64,000 nucleotides of DNA from an uncultured candidate division Zixibacteria bacterium (GTDB lineage: Bacteria > Zixibacteria > MSB-5A5 > UBA10806), in assembly GCA_963817915.1 (NCBI GenBank), contig CAWFQL010000012.1, positions 416,001 to 480,000 on the forward strand, in the 5' to 3' direction. This document shows, piece after piece, positions 51,439 through 62,049 of the stretch. The notes beneath the pieces were generated by a model, which searched no databases, was not told where the DNA came from, and saw only the letters and a list, made by a program, of their open reading frames with translations. A program made the position numbers and the translations under genes. Positions within the stretch are counted from its first letter, which is position 1. Each line of letters starts with the position of its first letter.

Positions 51439-52059
51439 ATGCGTAAACTCATTGTCTGTAATTTTGTCACATTGGATGGTCTTTATGAAGGGAAGGATAA
51501 ACGTATAAACTCGTTATTTGCCGACCTGCATGAAGATTACGCGAATGACGATAGTTTCGATTTTTACAATGCTGAACTGATGCGATCCTCGGACTTTCTG
51601 CTTCTAAGTCGCAATTCATTCCTGGGCAATAAGGATTACTGGTCGGGCGTCCCGAATAATCCCAAATCAACTAATATCAGACGTGAGATCGCGGGGCTAA
51701 TGACCTCTATCGAGAAAATCGTCATTTCGGACAAACTGAAAGAAGCGGAATTAGCGCCTTGGGGAAATACGCGTATCATCAAACGATTGGATGCATACAA
51801 AGAGATTGCCGAACTCAAACAACAACCTGGCAAAGACATCCTTGTGATCTTGAGCCGTCTGCTCTGGAATGATTTGCTTGTACATGATTTGGTGGATGAA
51901 TTGCATCTTGCTTTTTTCCCATTGATCGGCGGCGAAGGCACTCCGTTATTTGACGGCCACCCACGAGTGTCACTTAAGCTCGTTAAAACTCGTACTTGGG
52001 AAGGTTCGGGTAATATCCTCGCCCGCTATGAAGTCAGCCGCAAGCCGTCAATAAAATAA
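51439..52059 (+). CDS. Dihydrofolate reductase/RibD C-terminal domain family protein
   Basis: [35 protein letters not shown]. Confidence 0.85.
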   Translation: MRKLIVCNFVTLDGLYEGKDKRINSLFADLHEDYANDDSFDFYNAELMRSSDFLLLSRNSFLGNKDYWSGVPNNPKSTNIRREIAGLMTSIEKIVISDKLKEAELAPWGNTRIIKRLDAYKEIAELKQQPGKDILVILSRLLWNDLLVHDLVDELHLAFFPLIGGEGTPLFDGHPRVSLKLVKTRTWEGSGNILARYEVSRKPSIK

Positions 52060-52120
52060 TAGTTTAGGGCCTGACCGGAACGGAATATCACCCTAAGTTC
52101 AATAGAACCACATTAAATTG

Positions 52121-52152
52121 ATTCAACGAAGGCGGGGGGAATCGAATCCCGT
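52121..52152 (-). repeat. Degenerate copy of tmRNA 3' end (att-like site)
   Basis: ATTCAACGAAGGCGGGGGGAATCGAATCCCGT versus ATTCAATGGAGGCGGGGGGAATCGAACCCCCGT at 58130. Confidence 0.75.
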
Positions 52153-52295
52153 TTTCCTTAAATAGAGTGTGGGTTTATGACTGCGGTGCCCAAATGGGGC
52201 CAAGTTTTGGTAACGTAAATTTTTGGATTTCGGCCTATCGCGGCCTCCAATCAAATATTACTCGAAGTTTCTCTGAAATGAAAAATCCATCAAAT

Positions 52296-52326
52296 AAAAA
52301 AAGGGCTGGCAAAATACCAGTCCTTT
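52296..52326 (-). terminator. Intrinsic terminator of RRM gene 2
   Basis: Minus strand AAAGGACTGG-N7-CCAGCCCTTT continuing into a T-run. Confidence 0.75.
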
Positions 52327-52409
52327 ATTTTATCGGCTATCTGCCCTCAATGGAGCAGAATCGTTCGATATCTCAGCCAGCTAATGCTGGCCTCGCCTTG
52401 CGTCCTTCG

Positions 52410-52685
52410 CTAATAGCGGGAGCGACTGCTACTGCTACTCTCTGAACGTGGCTTAGCAACATTTACAGTCAACGCGCGGCCATCAAGCTCTTTGCCATTC
52501 AAATTGGCGATCGCGGCTTCGGCCTCGGACTGGGTAGGCATTTCGATAAAGCCGAATCCCTTGGATTCGCCGCTCATCTTGTCCTTAATAATGTTCGCAG
52601 ATGTGACCTGTCCATGGCTTTCGAATGCCTGACGAAGATCGTCTACTGCTGTCTGTCTTGCTAGATTTCCGACGAATAAATTCAT
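52410..52685 (-). CDS. RRM RNA-binding protein, paralog 2 with Ser-rich tail
   Basis: Nearly identical to 9497-9799 over the RRM domain. Confidence 0.95.
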   Translation of the reverse strand: MNLFVGNLARQTAVDDLRQAFESHGQVTSANIIKDKMSGESKGFGFIEMPTQSEAEAAIANLNGKELDGRALTVNVAKPRSESSSSSRSRY

Positions 52686-52854
52686 CGTTTTCTCCTTTGT
52701 TCGTTCATCTTGCCGCTCACTTTGTTAGGAGCGATCCTTCGGCAAAATTAAATACATTTCTGCGCTTTATTGCGCTTTGTGACCTCAGATTAATTTTTAC
52801 CAAGGATTGAGTGCTGGGCAAGGCTTGAGAAAACTAATAACGGAGATCGTTACC
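52686..52854 (-). promoter_or_regulatory. Conserved structured 5' leader of RRM gene 2
   Basis: Near-identical to 9800-9969. Confidence 0.65.
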
Positions 52855-52860
52855 ATGACA

Positions 52861-52889
52861 AGCATAGCGACTATGTGCTTGAATGTCAA
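52861..52889 (-). promoter_or_regulatory. Sigma70-type promoter
   Basis: TTGACA-17 nt-TATGCT. Confidence 0.75.
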
Positions 52890-52952
52890 GAACTATTATC
52901 ATGTGTTTTCGATTCGGCCTGGCGAACACGGCTGGTGACGTCAGGTACTTTA

Positions 52953-53893
52953 TTAGTGTTTTTCAAGCCATTCCAGTATAGCGCGAAGACTGCCTGTGGC
53001 CAAAGCGATACTCGTATCCGCCGCGCCGTAATACATGCGGATGGTGTCGCCATCGGGAGCTAAAGTGCACCCGCAGGGAAAGACTACATTGTCTACATCG
53101 CCTCGCTGCTCGTAAGATTTTTCCGGACCAAAAATCCACTCGTTGCTTCGCTTAAGACATAGCTCCGGTGCCTGCAAATCGAACAACGCCAGGCCAAGTC
53201 GATAAATAGCGCCAGCTGCATTTTGTCGAACCCCGTGATAGATTACAAGCCAGCCTTTCCCAGTCTCGATAGGCGGAGACGATAGACCAATTTTATTCGC
53301 ATCCCACCACCCGCCAAGCCTGGCCTCCAACATTAATTTGTGATTGCCCCATTGGCGCAAGTCGGATGAATAGGAAATCCACATGTGGGCGCCGGGCGAA
53401 CTTACCGGGCGGTGAATCAATGCCCAGTTTCCACCGATACGATGAGGCAGTAGGGCCGCATCTTTATCTTCAGGCTGCATTATCAAACCATAGCGCTCGA
53501 AGTGATTAAAATCCTCGGTAAGCGCCAGGGCTACGCCCGCGCCGTCACGCGTGTAGGCGGTATAAACGATAGCGAATTTCCTTAATTCGGGCACATAGGT
53601 TATGCGCGGATCTTCAATGCCCCACAATTCTTCCGGGAAATTACTCGGGATCCGCGAGTAAAGTGGGCTGAGAATCAATTTTCCAGTTATCTATGCCGTT
53701 GGCCGAGCGGGCAGCGCAAAGGTGGGAATGGCCGCGACGGTCTTCCACGCGACACAACAAAAGAGTGGTTCCGTCGGCCAACAATACCGCTCCAGGGTTA
53801 AATACGCTATGCGCCGGATAGGGCCAATCTATCAGCGCTCAATATTGGATTTTGGTTATGGCGAATAAAAAGTTCGGGATATTGATTGCTCAT
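52953..53893 (-). CDS. GH130-like glycosidase/phosphorylase; two frameshifts near 53830 and 53660
   Basis: MSNQYPELF..NPIL | WPYPAHSVFNPGA..CRVEDRRG | WGIEDPRIT, KDAALLP, NVVFPCG, YYGAADT. Confidence 0.82.
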
Positions 53894-56175
53894 TTTGATT
53901 CTGCCTCGATAGTTAGAAGTGGATTTTCAGCTAGTCGTAATTCAAGCAATGATTGTAGAAAGGCCAGTGTCGACTCGGCCCCTTGATTCTCGTTAGGCCG
54001 GTCCGGATGCAGGCCATCCCGGCAACCTCCAGTTGTTGGATCGTAAACTGGAAGATTCAGGTCGTTGCGTCCGAGAAACCATTCGAAAGCGCGACGGGCT
54101 TCCTTGCGCCAACGTTTATCTCCCGTGATCCGGTAAGCTTCGAGGCAGGCGGAGACCATCGCCTGAGCCTCTACCGGTTGTTGATCGAATCGGGCGCGCA
54201 CGCCATTTTGCTGATAAAAGCCATTGGATCCGATAGGCACAAAATGCCCTTTCTCTGACCGTTGAAGATCGGCCAACCAGCCAAGCGCTTCCAGTCCGGT
54301 TTCGGTCATGGCGGCATTCGGTATTGATTGGCCGCACATGAGCAACGCATGCGGTAAGGCAGCGTTACAATAAGTCAGTTTATCTTCATACCAGTGCCAG
54401 TTCTCCGAGCGATTATCTTGATACAATTTCAATAATCGTCCGGATAATTCCTCGCTGACCTGGTTGGCTCTACTGTCACCGGTAAACCGCTGTAAATATT
54501 CATGGATTCCAATAAGCGCGAATGCCCAGGCGCGCGGACTGGTTGTGTTAAGGATCGCTGGCAAAGCCTGTTCAAACAAGCGGCCGGCCATACTTTGTAA
54601 GGCTGGTATGTTCGATCGTCCTAAGACAATGCCCAAGCGCCCATAACGTGCGGCCGTGGCTATCATCGGAACCGTTAACTTCCAGCCAATTACGCTGATA
54701 ATCCATAAAGTTACGAAAACATCCCGTTTCAGTATTGAAAGCATACCAGATAAATGCAAGATAACGGGAGGCCAGTTCCGGGGCTTCTCGATTACCTATT
54801 GCTTCCAGAAGAGCGCTTACCATCAACGCACGGGCGTTGTCATCGGTGGTGTATCCCTCTATATAATTGGGGATCGTGAAAATGGCATGTTGTAATATGC
54901 CGGTCTCATCTGTCATATGATGCAAGTGGTCTGTTTTAAGAGGCGGCAATTCACCGGGACGTTTGTCCAACGGCTTAACCGCGAATTCCTGCCGAGCAGA
55001 AATGACGCCGCTCCGCCCGCGCGCGTTCGAAGCTTTCCATATAACGACTCGCCACCTGCGGCCAGATCATATCTCTTCCAAATATGTAGGCTTTCTTGCG
55101 CATAGCATGTCGCTGGGATTCGTTGTCCAGGAGACTGATTACCTGATCGGCCAGCGCCGCCGGGTCCCGAAAAGGTACCAACGCTCCACGTCCGTCGGCC
55201 AGCATCTCTTCGGCATACCAGTATGGTGTTGAAATTACAGCCTTGCCGGCCCCTACAGTATAAGCAAGCGTGCCCGATGTAATTTGTGCGGCATCAAGAT
55301 AGGGCGTGATATAAATATCCGCTACGCTTATAAATTGAATAAGCTCTTCCAAACTGACAAAGCGGTCATAAAAAATCACTTGACCCTCTACACCTTTCTC
55401 CTGAGCCAGCCATTGCAGTGATAGCCTGTATGATTCGCCGTCATTCCGCAATACATGGGGATGGGTAGCGCCAAGAATTATGTATACTACATTTGGGTAT
55501 CGGGCTAAAATATTGGGAAGGGCTGAAATGACATTCTCGATCCCTTTGTTTGCCGAGAGCAAACCGAAGCTAAGTAAGACAATTTTGCCTTCGACTCCAA
55601 ACAGGTCTTTGTGAAAACTTGGATCGACAAATGGCACGTCAGGAATGCCATGAGGGATTAAATCGATCTTTCCCCGGGTCTACACCATATACTTCTTGCA
55701 GAAATTCCACGCCGCGCGCGCTCATAACCACCAACCGATCGGACAGGGCCGCCACTTCCTTTAATACTCGAAGCTGATTGGGATCGGGGTTTCGCAATAT
55801 GGTATGTAGAGTCGTGACAATAGGCATCCGCAATTCTCGCAAGAGGGCCAGAATATGGCTGCCAGCATGCCCTCCGAAAATACCATATTCGTGCTGGAGA
55901 GATATAAGATCTACATCGTTGATGTTCAAGAAATCGGCGGCGCGACGATAGGAATTAATGTCTTTTTCGGTAAGTTCAAACCGAACACGGGTTGGATATG
56001 CGTAGCCGGCCTCGATATCATTTACCGGAAGCACGATGCAGGTTTTTTGACTGTACTGGGTGGCAATGGCCTCACACAAATCAGTAGTAAAGGTGGCAAT
56101 GCCGCAATGGCGCGGCAGGTAGTTGCCGATAAATGCGATGCGATCAAGTTTGGAATTATTAGAATCGTTATCCAT
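53890..56175 (-). CDS. GT4 glycosyltransferase fused to an (alpha/alpha)6 hydrolase-like domain; about 3 frameshifts
   Basis: GNYLPRHCGIATFT, QHEYGIFG, QITSGTLAY, STPYWYAEE; GYTTDDNARA, DSHGR, FDQQPVE, NQGAESTL spread over four ORF pieces. Confidence 0.82.
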
Positions 56176-56612
56176 ATATTAAATCTCTTTTCTGTCGGCC
56201 AGATTCCGTTGCAGCAAATTATGACCTGTTAACTAAAAGAGGCGGTTGTTCCAACAACTGCCATTACGGGTTCGGTATAAGACTCTTGCAAATCCCTGCA
56301 ATCTAGGATGGCTGAACCGTTAATACCTATAGTAGCCATTTTGCGTTTCGAGTGCAAGCCATATCTAGATCGAGCACCATTGGCTGCATTATTGATAACT
56401 GAGGGTATTAATGAAAAAAATAATTCGATCTATAAATAATCCATAGGGGATTGAATGGGAGTTTGAAGTTTCATCTCTAAATGCAAGCCACTTAGGAAAA
56501 TTTGACAACTTAAAATCTGCTAGGGAGACCTCGCGACCATAAGGCCAAGCTTAGGAAATAGAAGTAAACTTGAGTGTCAAAATAAAATACGAATGTTTTC
56601 AACTGCATTTGC

Positions 56613-56661
56613 ACGATTTAGGAAGCCTCAAATCATTGTGGAGGCGGGGGGAATGGAAGTC
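56613..56661 (-). repeat. Copy of tmRNA 3' end with flanking repeat
   Basis: TGGAGGCGGGGGGAATGGAAGTC (56639-56661), preceded by ACGATTTAGGAAGCCTCAA, which also occurs at 57776-57794 with one mismatch. Confidence 0.8.
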
Positions 56662-56820
56662 TAGCAGTAAGCAAATTCAACATTGTATTAAAATGAAGAG
56701 CGATGATCCGCTAATTTTTTATCATTCATTTGCAAAAGAACATATATAGCAGTTTTATTCGCCCTCGCAATTCATCTAATTAATATAGGGTTAGATTTTA
56801 ACGTGGCAATGTTAGGCATT

Positions 56821-57261
56821 CTATTGGAGGCTATGTATTTCGATTTTTCTTCTTTCACACACATCATTAAAATGATGGATATCGGAAGTAACCAAATAAT
56901 CAATGTGCAAACTTTCATTTTGAAGCATATTTCGAATAATCATATCTACAAAACTAACGCGCCTTTTACCTCTAGCTGCCAATTCAATGGTCTCTTTTAG
57001 TGCCCTATCTCTATAAGGAGAATCATCTATATATGATACAGATAATTCTGCCATACTTCTTTCAAATTGAGCTACGCACAAACTATTTCCTAATAATCTA
57101 GTATTTAGAAATTCATAAAGAGTGGGCCAAGGCAATGCAAAATTAAAAAGCCTAATTTTCTCAAAGGCCATAATAGATTTCTGATGATATTGATCGTTTT
57201 TATCAAGTAAACCAATCCAGAATACAGTATCGGCTAATATGAAACGCGGTATCTTATTCAT
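56821..57261 (-). CDS. PIN-domain (VapC-like) protein
   Basis: ILADTVFWIGLLDKNDQYH..TLYEF..SFVD..VTSD..F; ATG overlaps the upstream gene's end. Confidence 0.8.
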   Translation of the reverse strand: MNKIPRFILADTVFWIGLLDKNDQYHQKSIMAFEKIRLFNFALPWPTLYEFLNTRLLGNSLCVAQFERSMAELSVSYIDDSPYRDRALKETIELAARGKRRVSFVDMIIRNMLQNESLHIDYLVTSDIHHFNDVCERRKIEIHSLQ

Positions 57262-57571
57262 CCTGACCACTTCCCACTGTTTTCGCTGCATATCCGAGCC
57301 AAGGAGCCACTTTTCTCTGTCCTTTGATAAAACTCCCAATTGATTTGCCATTTTCAACACGCACAATGTAAATTCTATCTTGTAATCTTAAATTCATCGC
57401 TGCAGACAAATCTCTCTTTATTTCATCCAAAATATTCTTTTCATATTCATAATAAAAAAAAGAAAAATTACCTACGCATTCCTTGGCTTCTTTTGAATCT
57501 AGCCAATGAAATAAATTCATATAGTCGCCATCTATCCCCAAATCGTAAGATAACCAAATTGCCATTTTCAT
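57254..57571 (-). CDS. Hypothetical protein with Cas2/VapD-like N-terminal motif
   Basis: AIWLSYDLGIDGDY start; GGAGG RBS before ATG 57571. Confidence 0.6.
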   Translation of the reverse strand: MKMAIWLSYDLGIDGDYMNLFHWLDSKEAKECVGNFSFFYYEYEKNILDEIKRDLSAAMNLRLQDRIYIVRVENGKSIGSFIKGQRKVAPWLGYAAKTVGSGQDE

Positions 57572-57792
57572 TTTTACCTCCATGCTAATCTAGACCAAGA
57601 CTTTAGCTAATATAATAAATAAAACGAAGTCTATCATTATTTTTTATTTAATTCGCTTTTTATATTTATCGACAAGATTTTAAGCAATTAAATTTATGAA
57701 TAAAGTTAAGTCGTATTTTCTGCTAAGCAGCAAAATCTAATATTTCAAAATATAAAGGCTTCTTCAAATCCCTTAACGACTTAGGAAGCCTC

Positions 57793-57819
57793 AATTCAAT
57801 GGAGGCGGGGGGAATCGAA
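57793..57819 (-). repeat. Exact 27-bp duplication of tmRNA 3' end and flank
   Basis: AATTCAATGGAGGCGGGGGGAATCGAA at 57793-57819 and 58129-58155. Confidence 0.9.
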
Positions 57820-57860
57820 GTCGCCATAGGCGACCAAGCCCCTGGCTTGCCTTGCCCGCC

Positions 57861-58112
57861 TCAGGCGGGCCACGTCCGAGGATATCTTTCGTCTAACCAT
57901 TTACGGCCAACGCCTGATTTTAAAAATATTTCCCTTTCCCGTGCAGCATCGTAATTTTCAAATTGCTCGGTATGGATCAATTTAAATTCGCCAATGATTT
58001 GGCCGCCCTTGGTCTGTCCTGAATGATGTTCAGATAGACGACGTTTAAGATTGTTGGTTATTCCAACATATCGCTTGCCCTCTTCTCCCTGTAATACATA
58101 AAGATGAACCAT
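57861..58112 (-). CDS. Small GIY-YIG nuclease
   Basis: LYVL..YVGITNNLKRRLSEH..AREREIFLKSGVGRKWL. Confidence 0.88.
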   Translation of the reverse strand: MVHLYVLQGEEGKRYVGITNNLKRRLSEHHSGQTKGGQIIGEFKLIHTEQFENYDAAREREIFLKSGVGRKWLDERYPRTWPA

Positions 58113-58135
58113 TTAAAATTCTTTATTAAATTCAA

Positions 58136-58490
58136 TGGAGGCGGGGGGAATCGAACCCCCGTCCGAAGATGCCTCAGAAAAACCTTCTACACGCATAGGC
58201 AGTCATTTGATTCTCGACAATTGGAACGCCGACAGCCAGGCTTTCCTTTTGTCCAGCCCCCTTTTTTTTCGCCCCGCAGCCGGAGACATTCCGCAAGGCT
58301 ATCTTATCAGTATCGACGCTCTATCCCAAGCCGATAAGCAAGCTTAAGTAGAACGAGCCACCAGTGTTTTAGGCAGCTAGTGCGTACGAATAATCGTTGG
58401 CACTTGTAGTGTTTCCCGGTGTTTAACGAGATACTGGGACCTCGGCGCGCCAGTTTGACCTCGACTATCCCGTCGAAACCAATCGCCCCC
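58136..58490 (-). ncRNA. ssrA: tmRNA; tag peptide ANDYSYALAA at 58369-58401
   Basis: 5' GGGGGCG pairs with 3' CGCCTCC-A including the G3.U70 Ala identity pair; TTCGAC near the 5' end; GGTTCGATTCC T-loop; internal ORF ending YALAA*. Confidence 0.96.
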
Positions 58491-58769
58491 ATGTTTTCAA
58501 AGAGCAAAAATAACACTTCATCAAATCAATATAAACATCGACTTCAAGGCGGTCAATCTATCTATACATTTATTTTACTCCATTTTTTGTTCCAATGTTT
58601 CGAAATATACTTTCAATTAATGTCCGGATTTGGTATAATAAGCGGCGGTATGAATTGGTTATCATTAAACCAATTGGGAATTGAATGACCCTGTTCGGGA
58701 TACTGGCAGGGCTTTGCCGGGGATAAAATTGAGACCGGGATCTCCGGTACAATTTTAAAATACAAACTC

Positions 58770-59853
58770 ATGAAATCAGACATTTTTTCAATAATAGCAG
58801 GTACAGGAAGCTATATACCCACAAGAATTGTCAGCAATGATGACTTCCTCCAGAATGAATTCTATAATGTCGATGGCATCAAAATCGATAAAGACAATCA
58901 CGAAATAATCAATAAACTCAAAGAGATTACCGGTATTACCGAACGACGATATGTTACCGACGATCTTAAAGCATCCGATATAGCCCTAATGGCCGCCCAG
59001 AATGCTTTGCAGTCATCCGGTATCGACAAAGAAAGTTTGGATTATATCATTGTCGCTCACAATTTCGGCGATATCGGAGCCAATAATAGAAGATCGGAAT
59101 TCGTGCCGTCACTGGCAGCGAGGGTAAAGCATAAATTGGCCATAGCGAATCCTTATACAGTCGCCTATGATTTGCCATTCGGATGCCCCGGGATGGCTCC
59201 AGGGTATTATTCAGGCCGATTACTACATTCGATCCGGCGATGCCAAACGGATCATGGTTATAGGTGCAGAGACATTATCCCGAATTTCTGACCCGCACGA
59301 CCGCGACAGCATGATTTACGCTGACGGAGCCGGCGCAACAATTCTGGATGCCAGGGAAAGCTCGTCGCCTGTCGGGATTCTGGCTCATGCCACACGTTCG
59401 GATACGCTTAATGAAGCGTTTATGCTCTGGATGGATAAATCCAATAATCCCAATCATAAAGAAAATGATTTATTCCTCAAGATGGATGGCCACAAGCTTT
59501 ACGAATACGCGATCAAGACAGTTCCTCAAGTCGTAAAAGATGCTCTGACCAAGGCAGGGCTGGCTCTGCGCAATGTCTCAAAGGTTTTGATGCATCAGGC
59601 CAACGCCAAATTAGATGAAGCTATTTTAAAACGAATATACAAACTCTACGACGAAAAAGATGTGCCCGACGATATTATGCCGATGACCATTTATCGCCTT
59701 GGCAATAGTTCAGTTGCCACCCTGCCGACAATGCTTGATTTCCTGCGGCAGGGGATTCTCAACGGCTATAAATGGAAAAGTAATGATATACTGGTGCTTG
59801 CCTCGGTAGGAGCTGGTATGAATATCAATGCGGTAATCTATAAAACACCCTAA
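58770..59853 (+). CDS. fabH: Ketoacyl-ACP synthase III; one frameshift near 59190
   Basis: GTGSYIP, TGITERR, DLPFGCP|GW, DGAGA, HQAN, GNSSVAT, SVGAG. Confidence 0.88.
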
Positions 59854-59860
59854 GTAGTAA

Positions 59861-60648
59861 ATGCTTCATAGAATTAATATTAACGTCGCCGATATCCGCA
59901 AAAAGCCCAAATTCAAATCCGAGCGAAGAACTCAAGCATTATATAATGAGCCCGTCGAGATTTTAAGCAAGGGCAAGCTGTACTCGCGCGTAAAATTGCA
60001 TGACGGTTTTAAGGGGTATATTAATAACCTTTTTATATCGAACGATGAAAGTCGACCTGGAGTAGATTATACCGTCAAATCAGTTCTGGCCTCTGCCTAT
60101 TCTATCCCCGGCAAAAAATCTTCTATAATCACAATGCTGCCGTTCGCGGCAGAAATTAAAGCCGAAGTTTATTCCGACAGTTTTGTCTTATGCAAATGCC
60201 ATAGATATGGTGATTTCTATATCGATAGAAATGATCTTGATTTTATCTAGCGAAAAACCGAAATTGACATTCGATAAGGTCCCCGAAATGATCGATCTAC
60301 GCCATGAAATTTATGGGTGTTCCATATCTCTGGGGCGGCAGGTCTTATTTCGGAGTCGATTGTTCAGGTTTTGTAAATATTATTCTGAAATACTTTGGCC
60401 TGATAATGCCAAGAAAATCGAGACATCAGAAAGAAATTGGCAGGAAAATCGGGCAGACCGAAATTCGGCCCGGAGATTTACTCTATTTCCCGAAACACGT
60501 GGGAATTGCCCTGTCTCCAACCGAGTACCTTCACTCCAGCCTCTCACAGGGCGGTGTCCATATCAATTCATTCGATCCGACTCAAAAAAGCTATCTGAGA
60601 TATCGCGATTTGACTTTGAAGGCTATTAGAAGAGTGACTTTAGATTAG
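59861..60648 (+). CDS. SH3-like + NlpC/P60 peptidase; frameshifts near 60245 and 60300
   Basis: TQALYNEPV..DGFKGYI; GVPYLWGG..GVDCSG, PGDLLYF..HVGI. Confidence 0.8.
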
Positions 60649-60675
60649 ATAATCGCATTTAGGATAATTCATCCG

Positions 60676-62034
60676 TTAGATTTCTTTAATCCCATATTTT
60701 TTCATTCTATAAATAAGCACATGGCGCGGAATTCCAAGTCTCTTTGCGGCTTTGCTCTGGTTCCAGCCGCAGGCTCCCAATGCCTCCGCGATCATCTTTA
60801 TTTCTGAATCAACTAAAATAGATGGGCTTCTGGCGTTGTCATTTTGAGAAATAATGCCATTGGGTTTTTGGTTTAGTATTTCGTCCGGCAGATCAGTGAT
60901 CTTTATCTTTTTGCCTTTGGCAAGAATTATGATTCTCTTTATGAAATTTTCCAATTCTCTGACATTGCCAGGCCATGAATAATTCGTCAAAGCGTCTAAA
61001 GCTCTATTATCAAATGAAACAGCTTCGTCATCCGAAAATCGCCTGGCAAAATAATCGATCAGCATCGGAATATCATCGCGCCGTTCCCGCAAAGGCGGTA
61101 TTGTAATTGGAATAACATTCAGTCTATAAAATAGATCCTCGCGAAATAGGCCATTCTTGACTCTCGAAGACAGGTCCTGATTCGTGGCGGCTATCACTCG
61201 AATATCAATCGAAATTGATTCGTTCGATCCCACCGGCTCGACGATTTTTTCCTGCAATACTCTCAGTAATTTGGCTTGCAATTCAGGGTGAAGATCCGCG
61301 ATTTCATCGAGGAAAATTGTGCTATTATTGGCGAGAATAAATTTTCCTGTTTTATTCTTTATCGCGCCTGTAAATGACCCCATGATATGCCCGAAAAGCT
61401 CGCTCTCTAGAAGATCGCGCGGGATGGCGGCGCAATTTACAGTAATCATCGAGTTCGCTGCTCTGTCGCTGTAACGGTGAATTGCCTTGGCCACTAACTC
61501 CTTACCTGTTCCTGATTCGCCCGTGATAAGAATAGTGGCGTCGGTAGCGGCGACTTTCTTAATAGTTAGAAATATCTCCTGCATCGGTCTTGAGACACCA
61601 ATAATATTCGAGAATGAATATTGACCATCAAGTTCGCGCCGCAGCCTGATATTCTCATCTTTTAATCTTTGGAATTCCAATGCCTTTTCAACAGTCATAA
61701 GAAAATCATCTCTGTCAAACGGCTTGGTTATATAGTCGAATGCCCCTAATTTCATCGCCTCGACTGCTTTTTCAATTGTGCCGAACGCGGTGATGCAAAT
61801 AACGGGCATATCAGGGTAAATCGCTTTTGCCTTCTGCATCAATTCCATTCCGCTGAGACCGGGAAGTTTCAGATCAGTTATGAGGAGGTTGTAAGCGGAT
61901 TTCTTTAATAATTCCAGGGCTTGCTCGGCAGATTCCACCGATGTCGAGAGATAACCTCTTTGCTTGAGATTATAATCGATAATTCTTCTCAACGATTCAT
62001 CATCGTCGACTGCTAATATGCGATATTCTTCCAT
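60676..62034 (-). CDS. Sigma54-dependent response regulator (NtrC/AtoC family)
   Basis: Receiver DDD..D; GESGTGKE; ESELFGH..GSFTGA; WPGNVRE; Fis HTH. Confidence 0.95.
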   Translation of the reverse strand: MEEYRILAVDDDESLRRIIDYNLKQRGYLSTSVESAEQALELLKKSAYNLLITDLKLPGLSGMELMQKAKAIYPDMPVICITAFGTIEKAVEAMKLGAFDYITKPFDRDDFLMTVEKALEFQRLKDENIRLRRELDGQYSFSNIIGVSRPMQEIFLTIKKVAATDATILITGESGTGKELVAKAIHRYSDRAANSMITVNCAAIPRDLLESELFGHIMGSFTGAIKNKTGKFILANNSTIFLDEIADLHPELQAKLLRVLQEKIVEPVGSNESISIDIRVIAATNQDLSSRVKNGLFREDLFYRLNVIPITIPPLRERRDDIPMLIDYFARRFSDDEAVSFDNRALDALTNYSWPGNVRELENFIKRIIILAKGKKIKITDLPDEILNQKPNGIISQNDNARSPSILVDSEIKMIAEALGACGWNQSKAAKRLGIPRHVLIYRMKKYGIKEI

Positions 62035-62049
62035 AATTATTCGTGTACG

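Larger units (their letters stand above)
52121..58155. mobile_element. tmRNA-anchored composite island of tandem cassettes; no integrase visible
   Basis: Four copies of the tmRNA 3' end delimit three cassettes of accessory genes. Confidence 0.65.

Noticed and set aside
56613..58155. CRISPR array suggested by repeats next to a Cas2-like gene
   Set aside because: The repeats are tmRNA 3'-end copies separated by 0.3-4.5 kb of genes, not 30-40 nt spacers; no cas1 or effector genes.
58136..58165. tRNA gene
   Set aside because: The acceptor/T arm belongs to tmRNA; its 5' partner is 355 nt away and a tag ORF lies between.
58104..58688. Short ORFs 58104-58337, 58135-58347, 58307-58516 and 58419-58688
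   Set aside because: They overlap the tmRNA gene and are shadow ORFs.
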